Source: Nannocystis bainbridge
Lineage (GTDB): Bacteria > Myxococcota_A > Polyangia > Nannocystales > Nannocystaceae
Length of the DNA stretch: 64,000 bases
Direction: 5' to 3'
Assembly (NCBI RefSeq): GCF_028368995.1
Contig: NZ_JAQNDL010000003.1
Span: forward strand, 672,001 to 736,000
In this document: piece after piece, positions 31,113 through 41,121 of the stretch
Layout: each line of letters starts with the position of its first letter
Position numbering within the stretch: position 1 is the first letter of the stretch
The notes under the pieces: generated by a model
What the model was told of the DNA's origin: nothing
The model's input: only the letters and a program-made list of their open reading frames with translations
Database searches by the model: none
Translations under genes and position numbers: made by a program

Positions 31113-31586
31113 GTGGCGCGATGGACGGACAGAGGGCTCGCCTTCACCGATCTGATCCTCGAGGTGTTCCGGCTCAACGGTCTCCTGCTCGCGGCCGGTG
31201 ACCAGCTCGCCGCGCCTTCGGGCCTCACCAGCGCGCGCTGGCAGGTGCTCGGCGTCGCCGATCACGGGCCGGTGACGGTCGCCCAGGTCGCGCGGACCAT
31301 GGGCCTGAAGCGCCAGAGCGTGCAGCAGACAGCTGACGCGCTCGCGCGTGACGGCTTCGTCGTGTTCGTCGACGACCCCGACGACGCCCGCGCCCGGCGC
31401 ATCGCCCTCACCACCGCCGGGCGTCGGGCCCTGCGCGCCGTCGAGGCGCGGCACGCAGTGTGGGTCGAGGGCCTGGCCGCGCGCGTCGACCTCACCGCGC
31501 TGCAGGCCACCGTCGCCGCCCTGCGCGACGCCGTGCACCTGCTGCAATCGCCGCCGCGCGCCCGTGGCCGCCCGAGAAAGGACTGA
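31113..31586 (+). CDS. MarR family transcriptional regulator
   Basis: GLTSARWQVLG, TVAQVARTMGLKRQSVQQTADALARDGFV, DARARRIALTTAG; GTG start inferred. Confidence 0.92.
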   Translation: MARWTDRGLAFTDLILEVFRLNGLLLAAGDQLAAPSGLTSARWQVLGVADHGPVTVAQVARTMGLKRQSVQQTADALARDGFVVFVDDPDDARARRIALTTAGRRALRAVEARHAVWVEGLAARVDLTALQATVAALRDAVHLLQSPPRARGRPRKD

Positions 31587-31594
31587 CGCCCCGC

Positions 31595-32320
31595 ATGCAC
31601 CCCGAGACGATGATCCCCGTGCTCCCGAGCGTGTCGCTCGCCGACACCCTCGCCTTTTACCGGCTGCTCGGCTTCGAGGTCACCTACCAGCAGGCCAGGC
31701 CTTACGTCTACGCGGCGACCCGCCGCGGCGGCATGGAGGTCCACTTCATGGGCATCCCGGAGCTCGACCCCAAGGGCGCCTACAGCACCTGCCTGGTGAT
31801 GGTGCCCGAGGTCGAGCAGCTGCACGCGACCTTCGCCGGGGCGCTGCGCGGCGGCTACGGCAAGCTGCCGATCGCCGGCATCCCGCGGATCACCCGCATG
31901 AAGCCGGGCCAGACCCGCTTCACGATCGTCGACGTCGCCGGCAACTCGCTCGTCTTCATCAAGAAGGACGCCGGCGGCAGCGAGGACGAGGAGCCGCTCG
32001 AGGCCGTCAAGCGCCGGCCCGGCGAATCGCGGCTGGCCCACGGGGTCCGCTTCGCCGCCCGCCTGCGCGATTTTAAAAATGACGACGAAATGGCGGCGCG
32101 GGTCCTCGACCTGGCCTTGGCCCGCCCCGACCCCGGCGACCCGTTCGAGCGCGCCCGGGCCCTCGCGGCCCGCATCGAGCTGGCGATCGCCCTCGGCCAA
32201 CCCGACCGCGCCGATGCCCTCGGCGCCGAGCTGGCGGCGCTGCCACTGTCGCCCGAACAGCGCGACGAGCTCGCGGCCGAGCTCGAGCGGGCCCACGCGC
32301 TCGAGCGCTCGCAAGCGTGA
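31595..32320 (+). CDS. VOC/glyoxalase-bleomycin-resistance family protein with C-terminal helical domain
   Basis: IPVLP..SLADTLAFYRLLGF, FTIVDVAGN. Confidence 0.85.
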   Translation: MHPETMIPVLPSVSLADTLAFYRLLGFEVTYQQARPYVYAATRRGGMEVHFMGIPELDPKGAYSTCLVMVPEVEQLHATFAGALRGGYGKLPIAGIPRITRMKPGQTRFTIVDVAGNSLVFIKKDAGGSEDEEPLEAVKRRPGESRLAHGVRFAARLRDFKNDDEMAARVLDLALARPDPGDPFERARALAARIELAIALGQPDRADALGAELAALPLSPEQRDELAAELERAHALERSQA

Positions 32321-32548
32321 AGGCTGTCCCGCAGGACATGTCCTTCGGGATGTCCGGCCCCGACGCCCGCTCGAGCGCTCGCTCGCAAGCCTGATTGCTG
32401 TCCCGCAGGACATGTCCTCCGGGACACTCCAAAATCCCCTCTGGCGCCCGCCTCGCCGGCCAGCGGCCTCCTCCGCGCCGCGCCGCCGCGATCGCCCGCG
32501 AGTCGGACCTCGCCCGCCGCGCCGGCCCGCGCCCGCCACCCTGAACTC

Positions 32549-33682
32549 GTGCCGCGCCTCGCCTTTGCGACGCTCGCCGGCCTGCTCGGCGCCTGCGGTC
32601 CGTCGGCCGACAGCAAAGCCCCGCGCGACGACGAGTACCCGCCGACGATCCAGCCCTACGACGACGACGACGCCGACGCGAACGCCGACCTGCCGGCGTG
32701 GCATTCGCTCGGGGGGGCGATCGCCGAACCAGCCGCCACCCTGAGCGCCGACGGTCGCCTCGAGGTGTTCGTGCGCGGCCGCGACGGGGCGCTGTGGCAC
32801 ATCCATCAGGTCGCGCCGAACAGCGGCTGGTCGGAGTGGAGCTCGCTCGGCGGCCGGCTCGACGGCGGCGTCGTCGTCGTCGTCGGCGAGGACGGCGACG
32901 GCCAGCTCGACGTGCTCGCGCGCGGCAGCGACGGCGCGCTGTGGCACCTGCGGCAGACCGGGCCGAAGCACGCGTGGCCGAGCTGGAAGCGGCTCGGCGG
33001 GCAGCTCGTCGCCGGCGACCGGCCCTCGGTGGTGCGCGGCCTCGACGATCGCCTCGAGGTGTTCGTGCGCGCGCCCGACCGCCAGGTCCACCACCTGCGC
33101 GAGCTGCCCGGGTCGGCGTGGAGCCGCTGGTACGTGCTCCCTGGCGCCGTCGGTCCGGTCACCGCCGCGCGCGACGGCGACGGTCGCCTCGCCCTGTTCG
33201 CCCGCGGGGACGACGGTCGACTGGTGCACCGGCGCCAGCTCGCGCGCGACGGCGGATGGAGCGAGTGGACCGCGCTCGCCGGACCCATCGCCGGCCGCCC
33301 CGCGGTGGCCCGCAACCACGACGGCCGGCTCGAGGTGTTCGCTCGCACGGACGCCGGCGACCTGGGCCACGCGTGGCAGACGGCCCCGGGCGGGGGCTGG
33401 TCGCGCTGGGCCTCGCTCGGCGGCGCGCCCGCTGACCCGGTGGCGATCGCCGGGCCCGACGGCCGCCTCGAGGTGTTCACCCGCGGCCTCGACCACGCGC
33501 TGTGGCGGATCGGCCAGATCACGCCCGGCGGCGCCTGGTCGCCCTGGAGCTCGCTCGGCGGCGCCTTCGCCGATGTGCCCGCGATCGCCCCCAACCAGGA
33601 CGGCCGCCTCGAGGCCTTCGTGCGCGGCACCGACGGCGCGCTGTGGCACCGCTGGCAGACCCGCCCGGGCTGCTGCTGGTGA
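32549..33682 (+). CDS. Lipoprotein with seven-bladed PLL-like lectin beta-propeller
   Basis: Lipobox LLGAC; seven repeats of W.SLGG....P......DGRLEVF.RG.DGALWH..Q. Confidence 0.85.
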   Translation: MPRLAFATLAGLLGACGPSADSKAPRDDEYPPTIQPYDDDDADANADLPAWHSLGGAIAEPAATLSADGRLEVFVRGRDGALWHIHQVAPNSGWSEWSSLGGRLDGGVVVVVGEDGDGQLDVLARGSDGALWHLRQTGPKHAWPSWKRLGGQLVAGDRPSVVRGLDDRLEVFVRAPDRQVHHLRELPGSAWSRWYVLPGAVGPVTAARDGDGRLALFARGDDGRLVHRRQLARDGGWSEWTALAGPIAGRPAVARNHDGRLEVFARTDAGDLGHAWQTAPGGGWSRWASLGGAPADPVAIAGPDGRLEVFTRGLDHALWRIGQITPGGAWSPWSSLGGAFADVPAIAPNQDGRLEAFVRGTDGALWHRWQTRPGCCW

Positions 33683-33704
33683 ACCGCTGCTTCGTAAAGA
33701 ATAT

Positions 33705-33775
33705 TCGAAAGAACATGCGCAAAAGGCCATGTCCCGAAGGACATGGCCTTTGGCACCTATCTCTTATGCCATCAA
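33705..33775. repeat. 14-bp-period decamer array
   Basis: gaacatgcgc-aaaa-ggccatgtcc-cgaa-ggacatggcc-tttg-gcacctatct; between convergent genes. Confidence 0.8.
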
Positions 33776-35136
33776 GCCCGGCGCGCGCGCCAGCGGTCGC
33801 GCAGGGTCTTGCCCTGGCGCCACAGCCAGATGCCGACCACCACGTAGACCTCGAGCGCGAGCAGCAGCAGCAGCGGGTCGTAGGGCGCGCGCAGGCGGGT
33901 GTCGCCGAAGTAGATCGCGGCGGTGATCATCAGCGCCACCACGTGGAGGGCGATGAGGCCGTAGTTGGCGACCGTGCGGCGCATGAACAGGGTCACGAGG
34001 CCGAGCACCACCGGCGCGACGACGAAGGTGGTGTAGAGGCCCTGCCACCAGATCGCGCGCGGGCGCCATAGGTCGCGGCCGGAGTCGGGCCACGGCGTGT
34101 TGTAGCCGGCCAGCAGCAGCATGTTGACGATGCCGTACTTGATCTGGCCGAGAATGCCGGTCTTGCGGATGCACTTGGCCATCAGCGCGTCGAGGGCCTT
34201 GGCGTCGGCGATGTAGCCGCGGTACTCGAGCTCGGGGCCGAGCGCCGGGTCGAGCTGGACCCACGAGCGCGGCGCCGTCTTGGCCCGCTTCTCGAGCTGG
34301 ATCAGCGGCGGCGGCCCGAAGCGGATCTTGCCGCGCCCGGGCTCGGTCGGCGCCGCGGTGGCCTTCTTGTTGTGGCAGCGACCGAACAGCTGGTTGAACT
34401 TGCCGTTCTCGCTGACGAGGCCGAAGCGGCCGGTGTGGTGGTGCATGCGCGCGACCGAGAACCCGAGCACCGCGATCAGCGGGATGCCGGCGAACACCAG
34501 GTGACGCCAGCGCACGTTCGGCAGCGCCTTGCGCCACACCAGCCACAACAGCCCGAACAGCGCGATCGACATCAGGATCTGCGGCCGGCAGGCGGTCGCC
34601 AGCGCGGCGGTGACGCCGGTGGCCCAGGCGTCGCGGCTGCGGCCCTCCTGGACCAGGCGGACCAGGTAGAACATCGACGCCATCATGAACACGCCGAACG
34701 GGATCTCGCTCAGCGTGTAGCCGCCGAGCGAGATCAGCGGGTAGTAGAACACCAGCAGCGTGCCGAGCAGCGGCGGGATCCACTTGCGCGGGCTGATGCG
34801 CGCCGCGATCCGGTAGGCGTAGGCGACCATGCCGGTGCCCATCAACGCGTAGGCGATGCCGATCGCGGTGAAGTTGTCCTTGCCGAACAGGTACTTGATC
34901 AGCGCCAGGATGAAGTGCGTCCCGTAGGGGAAGAACGCGTGGTACTCGTTGGGCGCGCCGAACTTGTCGACCATCTGGTCGGCCCGCGAGACGTAGCCCT
35001 TCATGTCCGAAGAGACATAGTCGCCGAGCGGGTGGACCACGAGGTTCCAGTGCAGGCGGACGAGGAAGGCGCCCAGCACGATGACGAGCGGCCAGCGGTT
35101 GCGGTAGAGCCAGTCGAGGACGCGTTGCACGGGCAC
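33772..35136 (-). CDS. GT-C (ArnT/PMT-like) membrane glycosyltransferase
   Basis: Polytopic membrane protein; SSDMKGY in the first loop, FPYG, LSEIP, CRPQ, GDTRLRAP. Confidence 0.7.
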   Translation of the reverse strand: MPVQRVLDWLYRNRWPLVIVLGAFLVRLHWNLVVHPLGDYVSSDMKGYVSRADQMVDKFGAPNEYHAFFPYGTHFILALIKYLFGKDNFTAIGIAYALMGTGMVAYAYRIAARISPRKWIPPLLGTLLVFYYPLISLGGYTLSEIPFGVFMMASMFYLVRLVQEGRSRDAWATGVTAALATACRPQILMSIALFGLLWLVWRKALPNVRWRHLVFAGIPLIAVLGFSVARMHHHTGRFGLVSENGKFNQLFGRCHNKKATAAPTEPGRGKIRFGPPPLIQLEKRAKTAPRSWVQLDPALGPELEYRGYIADAKALDALMAKCIRKTGILGQIKYGIVNMLLLAGYNTPWPDSGRDLWRPRAIWWQGLYTTFVVAPVVLGLVTLFMRRTVANYGLIALHVVALMITAAIYFGDTRLRAPYDPLLLLLALEVYVVVGIWLWRQGKTLRDRWRARRA

Positions 35137-35293
35137 CAGAGGGGGCGGAGAGTAGCAGCGTTCCGCACGCCGCGGGAGGCGCGAGCGGGGCCTTCACGCC
35201 CCGCCGGCGACGCGGGCGCGGGCGCGCCCCGTCGCAATTGCGCAGCCTCACGGGCGCCCCGCGACGGGACGCCCGCGAGGCGGCGCGCTCGGT

Positions 35294-37435
35294 TCAGTTC
35301 TGCGGGAACTCGACCCAGTGCGCGTCGCTCAGGTCGGCGAGCGCGCTGGCCTTGAGGCCCACGTCGGACAGCGTGAACACCTGCTCGCCGATGACGATCG
35401 AGCGGCGCAGCATCGGCGAGTAGTAGCAGCCGTAGTACTCGTCCCAGCACTCCTCGACCACCGGCTCGGGGTGCTGGACCTCGCCGATCAGCGAGATGCC
35501 GTCCTCCTTGTCGACGCGGAAGCCGAACGCGCCCTGCTCCCAGGAGTAGCCGATGTTCTCGTCGTAGGTGCCCCACTCGAGCGGCAGCATCGCCAGGCCC
35601 GTCTTGCCCCACCACAGGAACGCCTTGTGGTCGAACAGCGCCTCGGACCAGCCCCAGTCGTCGCCGATCGTGGCCTTGTGCAGCTGCTTGGGCGCGGCGT
35701 CGTCGGACACGTCGAACAGGCTGAGCTGGAGGCCGAGCAGCTGGCCCTCCTCGGTGCCGTCCATGCCGACGCCGAGGATCAGATCCTCGCCTACGGGGTG
35801 GAGGTAAGCCGAGTAGCCCGGGATCTTCAGCTCGCCGGCGACGACCGGCTTGGTCGGGTCGCTGACGTCGACGGTGTAGAGCGGGTCGGTCTGGCGGAAG
35901 GTGACCACGTAGCCCTTGTCGCCGATGAAGCGCACGCCGTGGATCTGCTCGGTCTTGCCGAGGCCGCCGACCTGGCCGATCTGCTGCAGCTCGTCGCCCT
36001 CTTGGCGCAGCACGCTGACGAAGCTCTCCGAGGTGGCCTGGTCCCAGCCGAGGCTGTCGGTGCTGGCCACCCGCAGGTCGCCCTCGTGCTCCGACATCGC
36101 CCACTGGCTGAGCAGCCAGCCGCGCACCGAGCCCGACGCGACGTAGTTGGCGCGCGAGCGGTCCTGGATGTCGAACTTGTGGACGTACGTGGTGCGGCCT
36201 TGCTCCTCGGCCGAGGCCTCCGGGTCCCAGTCGGCCGGGTTCCACGGGGTCGTCGCCACGTAGAGGTTCTGCTTCGAGGCGTAGACCGTCTCGCCCTCGG
36301 AGAACACGCCGACGCCGCCGGTCGGCGCCAGGTGGCCGTCGAGGTCGACCGTCAGCACGCCGAGGGTCGAAAGGCCCGAGTACTCGCCGGTGTGCATGAC
36401 ATCGTCGCAGGCCAGCAGCACGCCGCTGGTGACCGCGGCTTGCCCGTTGGACATGTCCTCACGGACATAGCGCGGCAGCCAGTTCTCGATCGTCGAGGCG
36501 TCGATGACCGAGCTGTTGTGCACCTTCGACTGCGCCAGCGCGATCTTCCACATGTGCTCGTAGAGCGCCTCGGTGCCGCCGCCCTGCTCGAACGCCGAGT
36601 AGTCGAAGAACTCGTACGGGTCCTTGAACTTCAGGCCGTTCGGGGCCGAGCGCACGACCACGCGGGCGACGCCTTCGACCATGCGGGCGCTGACCAGGTC
36701 GCCGGTGATGTGGAGGTTCGACACGATCTTCATCGCGTCGGGGTTGGCGATGTCGACCTCGATCAGGCGGGTGATGCCGGCGTAGTAGTCGGGGCCGAAG
36801 TACTGCTGGAGGTCGACCCCGGCCGGCTGCGGCGCGCCTTCCCAGTCGCCGTAGTAGTACGGCGAGCTGCGGACCAGCAGCAGCGCGCGGTCCTCGTGCA
36901 TGAACAGCTGCGCGTCGCGGACGTCGGCGCCGATCTCGAGCGAGCTGCGCAGGGTCGGCGAGGCGCCCGACGCGTCGACGAAGTGGAGCCTGCCGCCCGC
37001 GAACGCCAGGATCCGCTCGCCGTCGGTCTTGACGATGTCGGGCTCGTCGACGCCCGCCTCCTGCACGTTGGTGCCGGAGTAGTCGTCGCCCTCGACGCCG
37101 CCGTTGTCGCCGCCGTCCTGCGGGGCCTCGCCGCCGTCGCCGCCGCTGGACTCGCCGCCGCTGTCGGTGCCGCCGGTGGAGAGGCCGCCGCCGTCACCGA
37201 CAGGATCGCCGAACCAGCCGCTGCTGTAGTCGTAGCCCTGAAGGTTGCCGTACTTCTCGATCAGGCCCTTGGCCTCGCCCTTGGTGTACCCGAGCAGGTC
37301 GTCGCAGCTGTCGAAGCCGTAGAGGACGCGCGGGTTGAGGTCGCCGCCGCCGGGCGACTCCCGGTCCGAGCAGCCGGTGGCGAGGGCGCCGAGGAAGAGG
37401 AAGGCGGGGAGCGCGAGCGCGTAGGGGCGGGACAT
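35294..37435 (-). CDS. Beta-propeller domain lipoprotein (Beta_propel PF09826-like)
   Basis: Lipobox LATGC; YSGTNVQEAGVDEPDIVKTDG, LRVAST, VVTFRQTDPLYTVD, GELKIPGYSAYLHP; ATG 37435. Confidence 0.9.
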   Translation of the reverse strand: MSRPYALALPAFLFLGALATGCSDRESPGGGDLNPRVLYGFDSCDDLLGYTKGEAKGLIEKYGNLQGYDYSSGWFGDPVGDGGGLSTGGTDSGGESSGGDGGEAPQDGGDNGGVEGDDYSGTNVQEAGVDEPDIVKTDGERILAFAGGRLHFVDASGASPTLRSSLEIGADVRDAQLFMHEDRALLLVRSSPYYYGDWEGAPQPAGVDLQQYFGPDYYAGITRLIEVDIANPDAMKIVSNLHITGDLVSARMVEGVARVVVRSAPNGLKFKDPYEFFDYSAFEQGGGTEALYEHMWKIALAQSKVHNSSVIDASTIENWLPRYVREDMSNGQAAVTSGVLLACDDVMHTGEYSGLSTLGVLTVDLDGHLAPTGGVGVFSEGETVYASKQNLYVATTPWNPADWDPEASAEEQGRTTYVHKFDIQDRSRANYVASGSVRGWLLSQWAMSEHEGDLRVASTDSLGWDQATSESFVSVLRQEGDELQQIGQVGGLGKTEQIHGVRFIGDKGYVVTFRQTDPLYTVDVSDPTKPVVAGELKIPGYSAYLHPVGEDLILGVGMDGTEEGQLLGLQLSLFDVSDDAAPKQLHKATIGDDWGWSEALFDHKAFLWWGKTGLAMLPLEWGTYDENIGYSWEQGAFGFRVDKEDGISLIGEVQHPEPVVEECWDEYYGCYYSPMLRRSIVIGEQVFTLSDVGLKASALADLSDAHWVEFPQN

Positions 37436-37933
37436 AACGAGTTCTCCGAGTGCGAGGGCGACCGGGCGGCCGCGACCTTGAAAGGTGAGGGTCGCCGGGG
37501 GGTCTCCGCAGCGATGCCGCCCCTTCAGCACGCTGCGTGCCAACGGCTCCCGGAGGCCACTGGCGGGCTTCGCGGCGGTTTTGGCCGGACCCGCGCGCCC
37601 GGGGCCCGCGGCACTGCGACCCAGGCGCCCGGACATCGACGCCAGCCCGCGGCGCCGCCGCTGCGACGATCTTTTCACGAGCCAACTCACGAGGTGCAGC
37701 CGGCTGCTCCGCCCGGGTGTGCGGGGTGGCTGCCGGGCGGCGCAGCGTCCGCCGCCGCAGACGCGCTGCGAACTTCCGCTCACACCTCAGAGAAACATAA
37801 AGACAGGTCCTTTCGGACATGTCCGTTGGAACATATGTGCATTGACCGCCAGGGCCTGAAGCTCGCAGCGGGCGCCTCGCCGCGTTGACATGATCTTGAT
37901 GTTGACGAAATCTTGACCGCCAGAGGTTCTGGC

Positions 37934-39016
37934 ATGAAATCCACCAAGATCATCACGATGACCGTGGCGTGCACGCTTGGGCTCGGCATGGCCGGGGTAA
38001 AGACCGCGTACGGCAAGAGCGACGACACTGACCGCATGGTCGAAATCGACGGCGAGGCGGCCGCGCCGATCGCGGTGGAATCGCGCGACATCATGCTGCC
38101 GGCCGCCGACCACGCCCAGGGGCTCTCGATCCCGGCGCGCGTGTTCCAGCCGAAGTTCGCCGAGGGCGCCAGCCCCGGCCCGGCGGTCCTGGTGATGCAC
38201 GGCTCGGGCGGCCTGCACAAGATGCCGAACGGCGACGACGCCGGCGCGTGCAGCCGCCAGCTCGAGAATCAATACGAGCGCTGGGGCCAGGAGCTGGCGG
38301 AGCGCGGCTACGTGGTGCTGATGCCGTCCTCTTACACCGCCCGCGGCTTCTGCGACATGCACACCGACGTCGAGCGGATCCCCGCCGGCTTCGACGAGCG
38401 CCCCGAGGCCATCCTCAGCCGCCTCTACGACCTCGACGTGGCCGCGCGCTACCTCTGCGACATGGACGGCGTCGACTGCGACCGCCTCGGCGTGCTCGGC
38501 TTCTCGCACGGCGCGACCATGGCCATGCTCGCGCTCCACTGGCAGATGGACCACGCGCTCGACTATTACCGCGAGCACTCGCCGGACCGCGAGGACATCG
38601 ATTTCGCGCTGCCGAACCTCTCGGAGGATCGGCCCGCGTTCAAGGTCGGCGTGGCCTACTACCCCGGCTGCGGCACCGACGGGTTCCTCCCGCGCGAGAC
38701 CGACGACGGGGCCGACGTCGAGAACAAGTACTTCCCGACCGCCGACCTCTACGTCCTCCACGCCGAGCGCGACGCGCTGGCCAAGATCTGCACCGTCGAC
38801 CCCGACGTGAAGGGTGCCACCGGCGAGCGCGAGATCCAGTCGGCGCAGGTCGCCGCCGAGCTGGGTGTCGACGACCGCTACAACATCGAGGTCTACGCGC
38901 AGGCCGGCCACGGCTTCGACTCCGACGAAGAGGACGCGAACGAGCCCGGCAACCCCGACGCCGCCGCGCACGCGCGCACGGTCGCGCTGCGCCAGCTCTA
39001 TTCGCACCTGAACTGA
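37934..39016 (+). CDS. Secreted dienelactone-hydrolase-family protein
   Basis: Signal peptide; PAVLVMHGSGG, GFSHG, AYYPGC, GHGFD. Confidence 0.88.
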   Translation: MKSTKIITMTVACTLGLGMAGVKTAYGKSDDTDRMVEIDGEAAAPIAVESRDIMLPAADHAQGLSIPARVFQPKFAEGASPGPAVLVMHGSGGLHKMPNGDDAGACSRQLENQYERWGQELAERGYVVLMPSSYTARGFCDMHTDVERIPAGFDERPEAILSRLYDLDVAARYLCDMDGVDCDRLGVLGFSHGATMAMLALHWQMDHALDYYREHSPDREDIDFALPNLSEDRPAFKVGVAYYPGCGTDGFLPRETDDGADVENKYFPTADLYVLHAERDALAKICTVDPDVKGATGEREIQSAQVAAELGVDDRYNIEVYAQAGHGFDSDEEDANEPGNPDAAAHARTVALRQLYSHLN

Positions 39017-39213
39017 TCAGATTCGCCCGCGCCTAGCGCCTCACGCGCACCGCACACCTGTCCCTTGTGACAGGTGCCGCAATTGTCCCAGCCACGCCCC
39101 GCGGCGCCGCGACGGTCCCGCGCCACCGCACACACGGCCGCCGACGTGACGCAGATTGCTTGTCGCGTCGGCGGCCTTTCCTACTTTGGGAGGCGTTACA
39201 GGGGGGGCATTGT

Positions 39214-41031
39214 ATGCCGACGAGAGTGGGAAACACGGTTGCGTATACTCGTAGGATTGCGTCGTGGGCGACGCTGCTGACGGTGGTCGGCGGCTGTCCG
39301 AACGACGATACCGGCATCACCAGCGCGACCGACGGCGGCAGCGGCTCCGGCGATTCGGCGACGCCCGCGACCGACGGCGCCGTCCCGACCACCTCGGGCA
39401 TGTCGGGCTCCGGGAGCGAGCCGACCGGCTGGCAGACCACCGGCACCACCGACCCCGTCGGCCCGTGCGGCGCCGATCCGCTGTGCGGCATCCCGCCGGA
39501 GGAGCACGAGCCCACGCCCAAGCCCGACGGCCTCCCGAGCCCCTTACCGGGCGTCTATGACGACCAGGGCCCGGCGCCGCTCGACAACGGGTTCCGCTCG
39601 CTGATGGGCTTCCCCAACCGCCAGCGCGCGCTGCTCGAGGAGCGCGTGGTCCGGCTCTACGACCCCGGCAGCCCCGAGTTCCGCAAGTACCTGTCGGTCG
39701 ACGAATGGATGGACGACCACGCGCCGCTCGAGTCCGACGTCGAGATCGTCAAGGCGTGGCTCAAGTCGCGCCACTTCACGGTCAACTTCGAGGCCAAGAA
39801 CCGCCTGCTCCTCCACTTCTCGGGCACGGTCAAGGACTTCAACGAGAGCTTCGCCACCGAGCTGCACATCTGCATGCGCAAGAACCCGCTGCACAGCGGC
39901 GACCCGTTCCCGGTCTATTGCACGCTGGACAGCTTCACCCTGCCCAAATTCGTGGCCGAGCGCACCAACGGCCTGGCGACCGCGGACCTGCCGGCCGAGA
40001 CCGGCTCGCTGGTCAAGGAGGTCGGCGAGGTGATCGAGGACTACCCGGGCGACCAGGCCTACGGCCCGCCGGCGTTCTTCGGCGCCTACGACATGCTGCC
40101 GCTGTTCGAGGCCGGCTACACCGGCCAGGGCTCGGCGGTCGGGGTGGTCGGCGCCGGCACCTATCATTCGATCGATCTGCAGATCTTCTGGAAATCGTTC
40201 GGCATCACGCGGGCGCTGCCGACCCGCGTGTCGCTGATGGAGCCGGTGTTCGAGCGCATCACCGAGACCGTGCTCGACACGCAGTGGTCGTCGTCGCTGG
40301 CGCCGGGGGCCGACGCGTACGTGTACGAGGGCCCCGACGCCCGCAACACCGCGCTGCTGTTCGCCTGGAACGAGGGGGTCGGCGACAACAAGGTCGACGT
40401 GCTGTCGACCTCGTTCGCCCACCGCGAGGACGCCGAGGCCAAGACGCTGCGCCACCAGTACGACGAATCGGCGCTGATGGGCGCGGCGATCGGCATGACC
40501 CTGCTGTCGGCCAGCGGCGACTCGGCCAACCCCGACACGCCGTGCTCGAGCCCGTACGTGACCTGCGTCGGCGGCACCAACCTGGAGGCCACCCCCGACG
40601 GCGAGCTCCACGACGAGACCGCCTGGTCGCTGTCGGGCTCGGGCCAGTCGAAGTCGTTCGCGCGGCCCTACTGGCAGGAGGGCGACGTCGACAGCAAGAC
40701 CCGCTCGATGTGCGACCTGTCGCTGTCGTCCTCGCCGGAGAACCCGATGTGGATGCGCCGCTGGACCAAATGGGAGGCCTACGGCGGGACGTCGTTCGCC
40801 TCGCCCGCGTTCGCCGGGATGGTCGCGGTCATCAACAGCTACCGCAAGGCCCACGGCAAGCCGCGCGTCGGCTTCCTCAACCCGCTGCTCTATCTGCACG
40901 GCCCGACCCGCGCGACCTTCCGCGACATCACCGAGGGCGCGACCAAATACTGGGAAGCGGGCGTCGGTTGGGACTACCCGACCGGCCTCGGCGCACCCGA
41001 TATCGCCGCCCTCGCCGAGGTCATCCCCTGA
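39214..41031 (+). CDS. S53 (sedolisin/kumamolisin) serine-carboxyl peptidase lipoprotein
   Basis: Lipobox VGGC; prodomain YDPGSPEFRKYLS; catalytic ETVLD, SGDSA, GGTSFASP; GFLNP, WDYPTGLG. Confidence 0.92.
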   Translation: MPTRVGNTVAYTRRIASWATLLTVVGGCPNDDTGITSATDGGSGSGDSATPATDGAVPTTSGMSGSGSEPTGWQTTGTTDPVGPCGADPLCGIPPEEHEPTPKPDGLPSPLPGVYDDQGPAPLDNGFRSLMGFPNRQRALLEERVVRLYDPGSPEFRKYLSVDEWMDDHAPLESDVEIVKAWLKSRHFTVNFEAKNRLLLHFSGTVKDFNESFATELHICMRKNPLHSGDPFPVYCTLDSFTLPKFVAERTNGLATADLPAETGSLVKEVGEVIEDYPGDQAYGPPAFFGAYDMLPLFEAGYTGQGSAVGVVGAGTYHSIDLQIFWKSFGITRALPTRVSLMEPVFERITETVLDTQWSSSLAPGADAYVYEGPDARNTALLFAWNEGVGDNKVDVLSTSFAHREDAEAKTLRHQYDESALMGAAIGMTLLSASGDSANPDTPCSSPYVTCVGGTNLEATPDGELHDETAWSLSGSGQSKSFARPYWQEGDVDSKTRSMCDLSLSSSPENPMWMRRWTKWEAYGGTSFASPAFAGMVAVINSYRKAHGKPRVGFLNPLLYLHGPTRATFRDITEGATKYWEAGVGWDYPTGLGAPDIAALAEVIP

Positions 41032-41121
41032 GGCCGCGCGCGGGCCCCTGCGCCCGCGCGTAGCGTCGAGGCGGGTCGACTTCGGCCCGTCCTGTGGAAC
41101 GTGGACTCCGGGAGATGTGCG

